A stretch of DNA of 64,000 nt from Octopus sinensis (GCF_006345805.1 NC_043003.1:43896001-43960000); one strand, 5' to 3'. Positions 41,580-57,280 are shown, counted from the stretch's first letter. A program made the numbers and translations. The notes: a model not told the origin generated them from the sequence alone.

Positions 41580-42458
41580 AATATATATATATATATATAT
41601 TTATTTATATACGCACACATATATTCATATCAGTAGGTTAGATACATCAGTGTCTCTCAATCTCTGCCTGTCAGTCTGTCTCTTCATATATGTGCGTGAG
41701 TGTATGTGTACATACATACATAAAAATTGGTGTATATATATATATATGAGTTAAGCTAAATATTTACATGATTATACCTAAATTACTTTGATGAGGTGTC
41801 TTTAGAAAAAAATATATCGTTGCATGCTTCATATATTTAGCGAAAACCCACTCCTCTCACTGAACTTTAGTTCTGTAGCAACGCAATTATGTCGTAAGAT
41901 CATTACATGTAGTAAGTAATATGCCTTATACTATTCAAACATTTTCACTATTCGCATAACTTTGAAAGAAGGCATGAAATATGCGTTATAAATATAATTA
42001 TTCTAAAACATTTTCAACATTAATCTGAAGTAATTTTCGTTGTATCAGTTTTGTCACTAAAACAAGACAGAAGTAATCTCAGCTCTAGCATATATATGTT
42101 GCAGTATATGTGCTTCACAAAACATATACAAAATACTAATCACAGACGACGCTGCTATTGTGAGAAAGAATCAACTGTTCTTCGCATTAACTCTGAATTT
42201 TGCTTTTCCTCTATCACATTCACTAGGGTATGCTCAAGGTTTGGCAAAACTAATGTACATTGAATTCGTTTTATTTTAAATGTTCTATTTAATGATGCTG
42301 TACAATTCATGTCAACGATTCATATATTTATATGACGAATGTTTAACACCATCCACCTTCTCCTTCCCTCTCTCTTTCTCTCTCTCAGTATATATATGTA
42401 TATATATATAGAGAGAGAGACACCCACACAAACATCTCCCTCACACACACACACACAC

Positions 42459-42520
<62 letters not shown>

Positions 42521-44527
42521 TGTGTTTGTTTGTCCCTTAACCTAATACAGCTGTTCATATTTCTTTATAAGGGGCTTTATATTTTCATTGGAAATAGAGA
42601 TATTGATTCCTATTCGAGATGTCTTTCAAACATTACGTAGCACAATATTAATGCCAAATGGGAAAATGAACGTCTGTAATGAACTACAGTTATATTACGA
42701 CTCACATATCATAACCAGAATATATAAGAGTGTCTCCATGAGGAGAGAAAAAATATTTATTATATGTTTGCTGAATATCCATAATTTTAAGGCGAATGTT
42801 TTACATAGAAATACTATGTCTTCAAAGAAAATAAAGATGCTATATATTTCCGGAGATTTATAATTCTATTGCAATGTCTGAAATTCAATAATATTGGTGA
42901 TCATGCTCTAACCGGTTACCAAAGATGGAGAATTATGTATATGGTGAGCTATCCACTTCCGTTAAACATTTCGACTATAGGTTGGTAAATTCATTTCCCA
43001 TGCTGTACATTAGCTTGCGAAAAGCATGAAAATCTTATCACCTCCCTGTATATGCTAAGACTAATAAGATTTACATATAGTTGCAATGGTTGATCAGGAT
43101 CAAATATTTAGATGATGTGAAATAATTGCCAGCATAATACTCAATAGTGTGAATATATCTTCCCTGTGATAAACCACATCTGATCAAGGCACTTTCATTG
43201 CTAGTGTTCTGTCTGTAACTACCGCCGCCATTTTACTTGATTACATTAGATATTGTTGAGTTGTAACTCTTTTCCAGTGATCATAATGAAGAGTTTATTT
43301 GTGAAGTCGAGATGATTCTTATAATGTTAATACAACTGAGAACCCTAGGCGAACATGAGGTTTTTCAAATAATTTACATTTTCAAATATTTAGCGAATGT
43401 GATTTTACTTCGTAAATAATATGGCTTGTTGATACTTTTTTGGGATTTAATGCGAGAAATTAACTTTAACAATATTCAAGGACTTTAACTTTCGTCTAAG
43501 AAGTATACTTTGCAATTATTTGGTGTCAGGTTTATTCCTAAGATTTCTGAATGAAATTTGCTTTATGTACATAATGCAACTGTGGAGCTCCGTGTGAGAA
43601 ATTATCTGAGGTGTAGACTGAATATGATATTCCTCACTCATTTTAGAGTAATGTATTGGTGCTTAGTATACTGCAAACTGCTGAAGGATCCCTCTCTCTC
43701 CAAAATATAATGTTCCGTCTTTCACTCTGTCATTTGTAGAGACCCGCTCCTTTCCCTCTGTCAATTGTGGAGACTAGTAAAATGTGTTTTACCTACATAG
43801 CTATGCTTAGGGTATAATTGAAAAAAAGAAAGAGTACAAACTAGATTGCTGACGAAGTTTTATCTGTGCTACACTGATGTCAGTTCATTTGAAGTTATTA
43901 AGAAGGAGATTAAGCTTAAACACCCTTATAATCACTTGCAGAGGAATGAGATCTATGCTGTTCTTGCGCAATTTCAACTTCCACACGACACCTACGAAAC
44001 GAAAGTCTTACTCGAATATAGAATTCCCATGGTGGTTTGGATGATACGTCTATGAGATGATGAAATTAAAAATGGCTTGTGAACTGGGTGGGCTTGCTTT
44101 TAGTTGTCATACAGCTGATGTTTCAGAGAAAGATAGGTCGACGTAACAATTACAGAAGAGAAAATGTACGAAAGGAGCATTATCTATTGCATTGGTTATG
44201 TAGAGAGTTCTATAAATCATCCCATATAACCATGTTCGATACAGCTTTTTTCGTAAGGAACTAATTTCAAGTAGTCAACATGCAGCCATTTGATTCATCC
44301 ATTTCATTTAAAGTTTTATCACAACAATCTCGTAATTACTCAATTATGCGTAAGTGACCTACCTTTTATTTTACATATTTTATATTTTCTATCTACATTT
44401 CTTTCGTTCTGCTAGAAGTATCACTATCACCACTATATCACTTGACAAAGTGTATCATTGTATAAAATTGGGTGGTACGTTTAAAGTATGCATCGTGGGC
44501 GACGTTTGAACTATATTAGAAAATTGA

Positions 44528-45153
44528 ATGGAAACTCTGGAGGTGGTGAGTTTCCGATTTTTATGTACATGTGTATGCGTGTTTGCGTGCATCACTCCGC
44601 ATTATTATCGAGTATCGTTTACGCAGAAATAAGCATTTTTTGTCATTACTGGAAGCTGATAGTCTATAACATGCACTATACAAATCCTTATGTATTATAA
44701 GTTGGTTGCTATCCGTGAAATGTGTGGTGAGTAGCGTTTTGAGAATGTTTTGCGTTGAATGCCAACTGAATCTTCGAATGATTCTATGTAGAGTTGTACA
44801 ACTCTGTATGTATATTATATTTTCATCATAAATTTACAATTAATTGTGTAACTAGATCTTTATATTAACTAAGTTTCAATGGATTACAATGTTTGCTATT
44901 CTATAAAAAATGCACAAAATTGCTCTGCTTATCAAAACTGCTAGTTTCACTTTCATTGCACATTTACTAATTTTTTTACAAGGTATCAATATGCAGACAA
45001 GAGTTTAGAGATTTTCTTTCAAGTTCTTTATAATTTGTTATAGATGAATTACATTTCAGTTTGGTTGTTTCATTAAATTCGTCTGCTTATTAATTTACGC
45101 CATGTTTGGGATAAGTTTATACATTGAAGTAATAGCGCATTCCTAACCGAATC
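44528..45153. repeat. Right arm of the inverted duplication, continuing into (TATC)n (45154-45305)
   Basis: Reverse complement of 39718-40357, lacking a 13-bp segment. Confidence 0.95.
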
Positions 45154-45201
<48 letters not shown>

Positions 45202-45226
45202 GTATCTATCTATCTATCTATCTATG

Positions 45227-45289
<63 letters not shown>

Positions 45290-46046
45290 ATCTATTTATC
45301 TATCTGTCTATTCGTTAGTCTGTCCTTCTGTGTGACAGTCAGTCTATCTAACTCTCTATCACTCAGATTGTCTGTCTATGTTTTCATCTATCTGTTTCTC
45401 TCCTTATGTATATATCTTTCGCTCTCTCTTCCACTATCTCCCACTACAAACACATACACACACACACAACTGTGCAGATATAAATGTTGTGGACAATCAT
45501 CTTATTGTATTGAATGTGTAATCTAAAATTGCATCATTACTTTCTTCCCACAATTATTTCTGGCTAGCCATTGATTCTATGAATCTAAAATCAGACAGTC
45601 AATTTCTACTTTTAGCCTAGAGCTTTTGAGGTATGTTTGGCTTTCAGTTTAGCTTACTTATTCTCAGCAGAGTATACTTCATAAAGTAATTTTTGTCTTC
45701 ATGTTTTGTTTCGCTTTGTATTTTAGAATTAAATTTTCATTTCGCTTTTTCTTTTTATTTCGTGCTGTATAATCCTTTACTCTGATTTTCATACTTCATT
45801 TCACTTAACTTGCAAATAGTTAAGGTGAAGCTGTATTTTGATTTGGATATCTAGCAAATATGCGTAATTTTCTATTATTTTGTCTGTGGAATTCTTCAAA
45901 CTCTCTCATTAAATCATACGTTGTATATAAAGATTTCCCTCACCCTTAACATGTTTGTATTAAGGTTTTGCTCAAATTTTCTCATGGAAGTGTCTATATC
46001 TTATACATCATTCTGTTATTAGTTAATTTACTTTTATTCTTATATT

Positions 46047-46442
46047 CTTTTACTTGTTTCAGTCATTTGGCTGCGGCCATGCAGGAACACCACCTTTAGT
46101 CGAAGAAATCAACACCAAAACTTATACTTTGTAAGCCTAGTGCTTATTCTATCGGTCTTATTTGCCGAAACGCTAAGTTACGGGGACATAAAACATCAGC
46201 ATCGGTTGTCGAGCGATGGTGGGGTGACTAACACAAACACACATATACACACACGCACGCACACTCGCACATATACATATATATATTTATACGACAGGCT
46301 ACTTTCACTTTTCGTCTACCAGAGCCACAAAGAAGGCTTTGGTCGGCCACAGACTATAGTAGAAGAAATTTTCCCAAGGTGCCACGCGGCGGGACTGAAC
46401 CCGGAACCCTGTGGTTAGGAAGAAAGCTTCTTACCACGCAGC
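46047..46442 (-). mobile_element. SINE family B
   Basis: Same layout as 7430-7845, internal (CA)n/(TA)n. Confidence 0.85.
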
Positions 46443-46534
46443 GCACGTTGTCATTTTAATTTTTGAACAACATTGGTATCTTAAATACCACTACATTTCG
46501 AAGATATGGAAGCGATTGTTTGCCATATACTTAC

Positions 46535-46584
46535 AGAATTAGAAGATCTGCTTCCTACATGAGTTCCCGTAATAGTGTCAAAAG
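46535..46584 (-). CDS. Candidate 50-nt exon
   Basis: Acceptor ttttaatttccaacattcttcttcag|, donor |gtaagt, open frame (x)FDTITGTHVGSRSSNS. Confidence 0.4.
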
Positions 46585-46905
46585 CTGAAGAAGAATGTTG
46601 GAAATTAAAACTCTTCCCACAAACATGCACTCCCTCTTCTTTTAGGTACATATGTTGTATGCCAGTTGCTCATTTATATAAAGCGACTCTAGTAAGGAGT
46701 ATGTTATGATCGCAGATACTTTTAAGTAATATCAATTTTTTTCCATTTTGTTGTCATCTATTTACCTCTGTAGTTGTTACTCTTTAAAGCGATACATACC
46801 TTCTGGATTGCCCTTCTTTCTGCCTTTTTTACAGCTCCCAGTCAATAGGCAGCCTATTGTAGAAAACGTTACGTAAGCTATGTCATTTGTAGACTAACAA
46901 TTTAT

Positions 46906-47068
46906 AGACGCAAGAGTGGCTGTGTGGTAAGTAGCTTACCAACCACATGGTTCCGGGTTCAGTCCGTGGCACCTTGGGCAAGTGTCTTCTACTGTAGCCT
47001 CAGGCCGACCAAAGCCTTGGGAGTGGATATGGTAGACGGAAACTCAAAGAATCCCGTCGTATATATGA

Positions 47069-47141
<73 letters not shown>

Positions 47142-47358
47142 TGTGTGTGTGTGTTTGTGTGTCTGTGTTTGTCCCCCTAGCATTGCTTGACAACTGATGC
47201 TGGTCTGTTTATGTCCCCGTCACATAGCGGTTCGGCAAAAGAGACCGATAGAATAAGTACTAGGCTGACAAAGAATAAATCCTGGGGTCGAATTGCTCGA
47301 ATAAAGGCGGTGCTCCAGCTTCGCCGCAGTCAAATGACTGAAACAAGTAAAAGAGTAA
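46906..47358 (+). mobile_element. Full-length SINE family B with internal (TA)n(GT)n
   Basis: A box TGGCTGTGTGG, B-box-like GGTTCAGTCC, tail gtcaaatgactgaaacaagtaaaagag. Confidence 0.9.
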
Positions 47359-48146
47359 GACCTATTGTTCCGGTGTTCTCCACTATTCAGAATTTATAGT
47401 TTTGAGGAATCAGGAAAATTGTTATCTATGACATAGACTAAAGCATGCTAGACAATTGCTTCATCTAATAGGGATAGATTTTCAATCCTACCTTTTCGTC
47501 TACTTCTTTGTAGTCCTCAAAGTACTAAAAATACTTACGGGTGCATTGGCAGCGCATGATGTCACTCCAATTTTATTAAACGTTATCTTTAGTATTGTTT
47601 CACACCCTGCTTCTCAATGATTGCTCTTCCCATTATAGTAGTGTTTTTCCATATTCAAATATGTTCTCGTAAATATCAATGTGAACGACAAGAGTACATT
47701 ATTATCATTGAAACATGAACTATATCCAAAAAGAATATTTAAAATTAATATGCTGCTCCAGCAAGGAGATTCTCTCTTGGCGAATATAGATGCTCATTAA
47801 ACCGAAATCAGCATCAAAATATTTAGCCATTTTCTTCAGACCTATTAATGCGTAAATAAGTGAGATCAGATGTACCAATGTGCAAACGCTCTACACTTTT
47901 TGACTTAACAGCTTGCCTTTCAAGTAATATAACATTGTTTTTGGCCATTAGAGGTGGATGACTTCGAAAACTATGAGCCTTCGCCGATGCAACATGCATA
48001 CTTCGTACGTATACCTAAACCTAGTTGCTAGGAACAATGATTCCTTCCAAGATCATCGAGTTTCCATGATTTCCACACTTTTATGGCACTGATGCACCTG
48101 TCGACTTGCAACGTTCCAAGTGTAATTCTGTTATTTTCAAACTCAC

Positions 48147-48174
48147 CGGGATGGTCTTGTAAAGTCCAAGAGCA
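48147..48174 (-). CDS. Candidate 28-nt micro-exon
   Basis: Acceptor ctcttttattacatttag|, donor ccg|gtgagt; the frame CSWTLQDHP+G is phase-compatible with 46535-46584. Confidence 0.3.
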
Positions 48175-48509
48175 CTAAATGTAATAAAAGAGTCACTTTT
48201 CCATTTTTGCAGTCGTTACCATCGTCTATTAATATAAAAAAATATTATTGCATTCCATATCGATTTTCTTGGTATAATAACATTATTTATAGTTTTGTTA
48301 TTCTCTTTCTCCATTCAATGCTCACATGAGAGTATATTGGACAATGTAAATACGCGAGGTAGTTAGCTAATGTATTTGAGATCTTGGCGTAGTTAAGCGT
48401 TTCATATAATCTTAGATACGTCTATAACTATACCTTACTTAACACATATGTATTTGTAGGTAGATAGATATAGCTAAATAGATAGATAGGCAGCTAAATA
48501 GCTAGATAG

Positions 48510-48556
<47 letters not shown>

Positions 48557-48604
48557 CATACATACATTTACATATGGATAGCTAGATAGATATGCATATA
48601 TACG

Positions 48605-48646
<42 letters not shown>

Positions 48647-48710
48647 TTGATAGATATAGATATAGATATATAAATAAATACGTATATACTTGCTCAGGCA
48701 CATATGAATG

Positions 48711-48770
<60 letters not shown>

Positions 48771-49666
48771 ATATGTATGTATGTGTATATATGTATGTAT
48801 GTATGTATGTTTGTATGTATCCATAAATATATTTTTGTGCAATTTGTAATTATACAGAAACCTAAGCATTACTATGTTCATGTGAATTCTTTTCTTTACA
48901 CTAACAGTTTATCCGAGATATATTTAATCACATTTATAAAAATATCACATAAAAATCGGAATATAGAATATGAATTGTTATTGAAAGAAACATACATGAA
49001 ATGGAATAAATTATACCATGATTTGTATTTGGTTTATCATTATATTCTACTAGATCTTAACCCATATCCGTAACACGTTCGGTATTACTATTTTTCTCAT
49101 ATACTTCATTATTATCATCACTAGCGGCTGCAGAAATATATATATATAAAAAAAAAAAACAGAAAACAAAAAAGCAACAAAAAATATCTATATCAGCATC
49201 AGCTGCAATAAATGCAGCATTTTCCGAGTTTTCTTCCTTTTGATATTCCATTTGTTATGTTTTCCTTCAAACTTCTATATTCATAGAAAATGGTGTTTTT
49301 TTACCGTTAAACTTTTATCTATATTCAATGACTCTATTGTCATCGTATTCTCCTAGCACTGACATATTATAGCTATTATAATTTTATAATTCTAATTTCG
49401 ATATTTCCTGTTCTACATCACTAACTATTTCTTTCATCATATTACTTTTAGAACATCCGTCTCTTTCATTCTCCTACACTTCTATACTTTCTTAGTTATA
49501 TATTTTTGACTCGTTCTTTTTCTCCCATCCCTTTCCCGACACGTTTACATACACACTGGAGGAAATATGTTCATATATATAGAGAGATACACAACATGAC
49601 TGTATATATATAACCGTCTATGCATACACTAACAGAAATATGAATATATGGATATATATATATACG

Positions 49667-49747
<81 letters not shown>

Positions 49748-51064
49748 TGATATATATTTATATAAATATCTCTCTGCGTGTGCGTTTGAGTGTACACATA
49801 AATATGCATATTTGATCTGAAACCTGTCCCTTTTCTATTTGTTAACATTTATATGAGTTCTCTTTTTTCTGAACAACAAACTTAGAATATTTTCGTTATC
49901 ACATCTTTGTATTGTGGAAACGGAGATGCTAATAGACATATAAATATCGTGGTTTTTCCTTGCACTGCATATTTCTATTTCTTCTTCTCCGAGCAAATTA
50001 GGTGAGTCCTATAACGATGTAAAGAGTTAAAACATTCTACAGTATTACATACGCACTCTATTGACATTAAAACATATTCACCCCCGCAGAGACTCGCACA
50101 ACTGTGGCTCTAAAATAGAAGCAAGCACGTAGACTCTCTTATACACAGGCTGCTAATCCCTGAGCATGACAGATGATTTGAAAATATTTAGATTTACCAA
50201 AGGACGAAAGCTTTGGTCAAATAATATTATTAGTACTCACAACGCTCTAAAATCATGTGTACAGTGATACGCACACACACTCATATATATATACATATAC
50301 ATAAGTGCTCATGGTTTCCACAGAGCTTGACTCGATGCATTGCTTATATTAGAGTAGATATTATTATCTATTATATTTTAGCGGTGGTATCTGAGAATGC
50401 TCTCGCGGAGGTAATGCTAAATCACGAGGAGACACGGAATGTTGAAAGAGAATATAATTCACAGCCTTATTGAAATATCGGGAGGCTATACAGATAACAA
50501 ACCGTGTGCTTCCTTTTCAAAGATTTAGCATACATTCGTTTTTTTCCGAATTCTAACATACTTTACATCGCGGTCGAATGAATTTAAAAAGGAATTTTAA
50601 ACGGTTTTTCCTAGTTTTGTTTTAGAAATGTGTGTTTTTGCGCTGTATAAAAGCCGTTCCTTCAGTTCCTATAGATATATTCTGAGTAAGGTATAGACAC
50701 GCTTGTTTCATATCTAGTTGATGGCATGTGGCTTTTCTTCAGAGACTACAAATATTTCTATAGAGTCAGCAATAATATTTTTTTCTTGTTCCTGGACGAT
50801 AAAGAACTTAATAAATTATCATTTAGTATAAAAAACCCAATATATTTGGCAAGATCGTGTCTAATCGCATATAAACACATCTTGGAGGTGTAGATTCATT
50901 GCATATCGAGTTGGCTAAATATTCAAAATTTCATAAATATCAGATATCTTGACTTTCTTATATTGTAGGTTTTTAAAAACACAAAGGCAGCCATATGCAT
51001 ACGTAGATATTTACATGCAAATACGCACCCACACGAATCTGTCTCCATATATATATATACACAA

Positions 51065-51114
<50 letters not shown>

Positions 51115-52362
51115 TCACAAATATGAGTTAAAAGCAGTTCGAGGGATATAACAATATGGGCATCAGAGAAAACATTATATTTATGTGAATTACTCATGTC
51201 TATGCAAGTCAGTGAGTGCGTATGATTGCATGTGTGCACATATGTGTCAATGTGTATGAATAAATGAATACACTTCTGTTTAAATGATGATTACACCAGT
51301 TTATTTTTAAGGTACTATTAAATGGCAAGATGGACTTGAGCAGAGTTTAATCTGTGAGCAGAAATTAGTGTTATGAATACCATTATACCGATTATATTTT
51401 TTTGTATATTGGAGGAAGGCACCTGATACAATTTCTACATATTACATATCAATGCGTTACCCAATGAATTTTACTATTTTTTTTCAATAAAATTTAGTTA
51501 CAAAATTTGATATTATATTTTGTACGCACACACGCCCACGCATCATTTTACATATATGTGTACATAATAGAAGCAAGCATATATTTATTTCTGAAAATAT
51601 AATGCAATTCTAGGTTTATGCTAGCCTACAAAATCTATTATAGAACATGTTATGCTTGTTATAATAGTACTATGCATGAAATGCCATTCACTCATATGCT
51701 GACCGTGCCTTTGTAGAGAAAAAAACACTCGCCTTGTTGCAGATGATCTTCATCTACGATTTCTGCAGTCACAGCGCACGCATTTTCACATAGTATTCAC
51801 AGTGGGTCAGGTATACCTTGATCATGCTTTCATGAAAATTAATGCTGTATTTCGTTGAAGCAAACCCAAACTATGTCTATGTTTTGGATGATAGCTAGTC
51901 AACAGTCTCACACCGGCTTGAAGCCGTAACATGGCGCTCGGCAATATTATACATATGCCACAGAAACCGTCATACAAACGCCAACATAATACAAACTCAA
52001 TTAAAACACAGTAATATAAGTGGCTATGAAATGCTAGATTACATCTTACACTACATGATCATGTAACTCTAAACTATATTCTTGTTCTCCATCGCGTGGC
52101 GCTTCGTGTATTCTTCATCACGGCATAATACAATATGCATCGTATCGGTTAGGCAATTGTCCACAATAATACTACCGTGATGCATTTAGACAACGCACTA
52201 TACTTAGTACTTATTCAAACATTCAGCTTCATGTGTGAAATTAACGTATTATGAATCACGTATTATTATGAATCCTGTACATTCAAGCAGAGCAATGGCT
52301 TGGAGCATCGTTTCCAGGAATCACCAACATATGTTTGATGCAACGACGCGTTGTTAGAGCAT

Positions 52363-52383
52363 ACTACTACTACTACTACTACT

Positions 52384-52428
<45 letters not shown>

Positions 52429-52432
52429 CACC

Positions 52433-52502
<70 letters not shown>
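52363..52502. repeat. (TAC)n-(CAC)n-(TAC)n microsatellite
   Basis: Direct reading. Confidence 0.92.
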
Positions 52503-54992
52503 TAACACATCTCCCGTATCTAGAACGATTAAAATTATCGATGGAATGACATATGCAACTATGATTTAGAGAACTCTCTAAACCACTTATTTTAGCAACG
52601 GTTTTAGTTAAATATCAGGACCTAAGCTTAAAGGCTTAAACAGCGAAGTTGAACTTCCGGTTACGTAAAGAACGTAATACTAATTATAAGGAAGTATTTG
52701 GTGGCATGAGCGTCAGCTACTCTCCAATCTACGAAGCATAATCACTAATTTTGCATATCTATATACGTAAATATATTTTGTTTCACGCATTCCTTTTCCC
52801 TTTGATTTCGTGTGAGTAAACGCACGTGTATCCATGTGTGTATGCGTGTGTCTATGTGTGGGTTTGTGTGTGTGCGCTCGCGCGTGTATGTGTGTTTGTG
52901 TGTAAAGGGCTGTATATGTGTAGGTGTGCCCCGTAGAATTGCGTACAACATAAAGGTGAGCAATTATAGTATTTTTTCCATGAATGAATCAACAGCCGTG
53001 AGCTTTGTGCAGACTCGCTAATCCTCTTGCGATAACGGGCTTTAAAATGTCATGATCCCTTATCTTCTTCCTCTTGTTACCGCATAACAAAAGAATGAGC
53101 AAGTAATAATATACAAGAAAATATTTCCATTGTTCGATAAGCAGATGCCTACATCTAATACACCTGCAATATTTCATTGAGAGGTAACCAAAGAATGTGA
53201 AACAATAATTACTCCAAAAGTAGCCGAATATGAGTAAGATGTGAAGAGAAATGACCAAATCGGGCAAACGTTTTCTCATGTTCATACGAAGATTATTTAG
53301 ACAGTAAAAAATACGTGTTAGAGATAAGATGTAAAAATAATTTGAAGCCATTTAAAAGGTCAAATCTGTCCTTCACAATTGCAGCTAAAACAGCTAAGAA
53401 TATTAGCGTGATGATCCTAAACTAAATAACACGTGTACCATGATTTAGCATGGTAAATGTGTAATATATCACGACCCGCCTCTAACAACATGCAAAAATG
53501 CTATGCAAATATAGTAAATAGAATTATGTCTGATAAATCTTTCTTTTTCTTCAAACTGTTAAAAGTTAGTTTATATGCGATAGGCAACGGAATGCAAAAT
53601 GTAGTGACGATGCTCCAAGTATTCAAAAAAAAACCATAAAGGAGATACAATATACTGACAGAGTCCATAAGAAATATACAGAAAGAGTCAGAATGCACAT
53701 ATGAAATATTTATTGTCAGAAAAAATCGTACATACTGAAAATAAAAATAAAAGTTTAAAAATTCGAAAACAACTCCCAGTACCTGTCGTTCCTTAGTCCT
53801 ACTGAGACAATATGGAAAAATACACCCTGTTATATAGAAAAAATATGTGATGCTACAGAGTTTCATATCATGTGCCATGAAAATGAGGGAAACACATATT
53901 TCTAACCGATGTCTCGAATAGTGATTGAAGAAATTGTTATGGACTTGTTTCATTATAAGTTGCATTTTGAGAGCTTCCTGCACCGGTTTGTCCTGGAAAC
54001 ATTAGCTATATTATATCATCGGACGCCATGAGCAAGCGATCCACACGGGGGAATATACTGAGGAAAGAGGAAATTACTGAGGAAAGACGAAATTACTGAG
54101 GAAAGATGCAATGTATTCTCACTCCTTGTACAAGAATATTCTGAAGAGATTTCAAGATAATCCTCTAACACTACTATTTTTGTGCATTGTGCATTAGACG
54201 ACCTGCTAAAAAGGCAGGCATTGGCTAGTAACATTAGCGAACAAATAAACTCTGTGTATGGATGAATTCTTACTGTATGTAACACGGGATAAAGAACTGG
54301 AAATGTTGGTACATATACCACACTTTGCAAATAAAGTATAGTGAAATGTTGTTTAGGAAATGCCGCAAAAGAAACTTACAGAAGAAACTTAATGAAACGC
54401 ACTAATATCATATTATGCAAAGTAACAGATATGTATATGTGCTATAATTACATCAAACGCAGACTTAGCGACTTAAATATACGATTTAACATACGTAGAG
54501 CATAAAACAGCCAGAACTAAAAGTATCATTAATAAGGATGATTACAGGCGTTCGATAAGAATACTTAACACACAACTAAATGCCCAAATAGATAGGTATC
54601 AATATTTTTGTTGTTTCAAGAATAACTGTAATATAAATGAATTAACAAGAATCGACACAATCGCAAGAAACACATTAGTGGTGCTTAGAATTCTTCTAAA
54701 ATATCGATCCTGAAAACTTCTAGGTTTCTCGATATGAAGTAGTTAGTGGACGTCTTGAACTAGAAAACGCAAGCAAATATGTAAGAGAGAAGAAATCAAA
54801 TAATGCTTGTTGAGAAGTAGAAGACATGAAAATAACATTGATGGGTTTTTCTCCCTAGTTCAGAAGTGAAGTATAGTTACCGGTAAATACCAAAGAGTTA
54901 ATACAATCGAACTAAATATATATGTAGCGAAAGTGACGAAGTAATATCTCGGATCATGTATGACCACATACTAATAAATACAAGTGAATAAT

Positions 54993-55040
<48 letters not shown>

Positions 55041-55042
55041 AG

Positions 55043-55145
55043 TAGTTGAATGGATTATCCTAGTATGGATAATTCGGTTAACCGATACCCGGGTAGCAAA
55101 TTCACGTCAGAAAAACACGGTTGAAGCTACATGCTTCAACTCCAT
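55043..55145. mobile_element. Second copy of the small element at 15631-15770
   Basis: Shared ~80-bp core, flanked by (TA)n. Confidence 0.5.
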
Positions 55146-55186
55146 TCTTTCATATATATATATATTTATATATATATATATATATA

Positions 55187-55738
55187 TGGTGTCTGCCCCC
55201 TCATTATCGAGTATGACCATTGCACGAGGATTAATAAATGTTGTTATCGTGCGATGCCAGTGCAAGAAAATGTTTTTTTAAGTGAGGAAAGGCTGTGCAC
55301 TGAGTCACTCCCACTCACTAAGCAACAGCAGCTATAATCCGAAAAGAAGAACAAGTCAACATCATCGGTAACCACTGACCCGCAGGTTTTATGTCGGAGT
55401 TTTCCCAATTACCTGAGTTACCTTCTCCTACAAGGATGCCCTAACAAAGGCTAGCAGTCCTTCACTTTCAGTGGTTTAACCGCGCGATCGGGTATTCAGT
55501 CCGATTATTTCTATGTCCCCGCGCATGATACAGCCTTCAGACATTTATTGGATGGCCGTTGACTATCAAGAGTTCCTCCGCCCTTTGTCGGGTTTTGTCT
55601 TTCATCCCGCAGGGTGTCCAATAAACACCCTCCTCCCCAAGCAAGCTTGGTGGGATTGCCGGTTTAGTTGCCGACGACGCGACTATGCAACAGGTCGTAC
55701 TGGGTTACATGTTACCAGTAGCACTCGAAAGTGACTTG
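55187..55738 (-). mobile_element. GC-richer repeat resembling an RTE-clade LINE 5' UTR or non-autonomous derivative
   Basis: Sharp insertion between (TA)n tracts. Minus gggcatccttgtaggagaaggtaactc...gggaaaactccgacataaaacc resembles RTE 5' UTR motifs (recalled, not searched). Confidence 0.45.
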
Positions 55739-55751
55739 ACAATATATATAT

Positions 55752-55816
<65 letters not shown>

Positions 55817-55972
55817 AACACGATATATTTATAATATTATATTATATTATTTTATATTATATTTATCCCTGTTACCATGTAGGTAATATCGTTATAACGT
55901 GCGTTTCAAAGCGTCACTAGTTTATCGGCGATAATATGCTATCATACACCACGAATTCTTCTTCCTCTTTTT

Positions 55973-56050
<78 letters not shown>

Positions 56051-56850
56051 TTATTATTATTATTATTATTATATTATTATTATTATTATTATTATTATTA
56101 CGAGATATATATGGGAAAATCTGTTATAGTATTCAGCATTCACGCAAAGCATATTATCATATAAGAAAATGTAATGAGCAGGCTTTAATTCAAGCCATAG
56201 TTGTTTCTGTGCTTCAGTAAACACTTGTAGTTGCTGAGTTTTCCATATTATACATGTTATTATATATACTGTATATGAATATGATACAATAATAATTGTG
56301 TAGTCGAACGTCATCAGGTGCATGGCATTGAGAGAACAACTGAATCACATATAGTTTTCCATTGTTTTATGCCCAAATTTTATTTTTAGCCCTCTTTTAT
56401 AAAGAGAAACACTTACGTTCAAAGAGACAAAAATTAATAAAAAAAACGAACAGATGAATTCGTAGAAATACAAATTCAATGAAGCACATCTATACAAAAT
56501 ATACAAATATTAATCAATGGAAATAAGAAATCAAAAGTATCAAATTTCAACTAACAGCAGTTAGATTCGGTTCTTTTTCTGTAGCATAACTCTGATTCGG
56601 TTTGACGAAGATAGATTAACACACTCAGATTTATAATGTTACGAAAATATAAGCCGAAATAATTCCTTATCTTCTTTTGTCTGTAATTGTTCGTCTTCAA
56701 AGAACGCGTTCTTAATATGTTATCCTAGCAGGATGCCAACTTGTTTACCAGACTGTTCGGAAACTGTTCGTGCCCAATACAGTCGCTTAGATGTTGCTAC
56801 ACTGAATCTACACACACACACACACATACAAACTCATACATTTATATATG

Positions 56851-56888
<38 letters not shown>

Positions 56889-57280
56889 AGTGTGTGTGTG
56901 AGTGTGTGTGAGTGTGTGTGTGTGTGTGTTTGGATTCGTATATACATCTGTGTACACGTACACTCATACTCACATATATATTCATACAACTGTATATATA
57001 AGCAACACAGTTAGCGCATATCTTTCTTTCAATTAACAAAGTTCCATATCTCTTACCTAAAATTATCTTCATCAAATTCAATAACGTGATTCAGTGCAAT
57101 CCTCAGAGGCTATCAAGCAAATTAACCGTCATACCGTAAGTATTCCTGAATGAAATTTCTCACTCAAACATCTTTTAAAACGAACAAGTGTCGGAACCAA
57201 TCATTATAAGATATTATCAGCTAAACAACCATATCTACAAATATATATACATACATATATATATGTATATATATACATGC

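Noticed and set aside
55540-55738. Possible HDV-like ribozyme at the 5' end of the RTE-like repeat
   Set aside because: Hairpins are visible, but I could not build the nested double pseudoknot by eye; an Infernal/RNArobo search would be needed.
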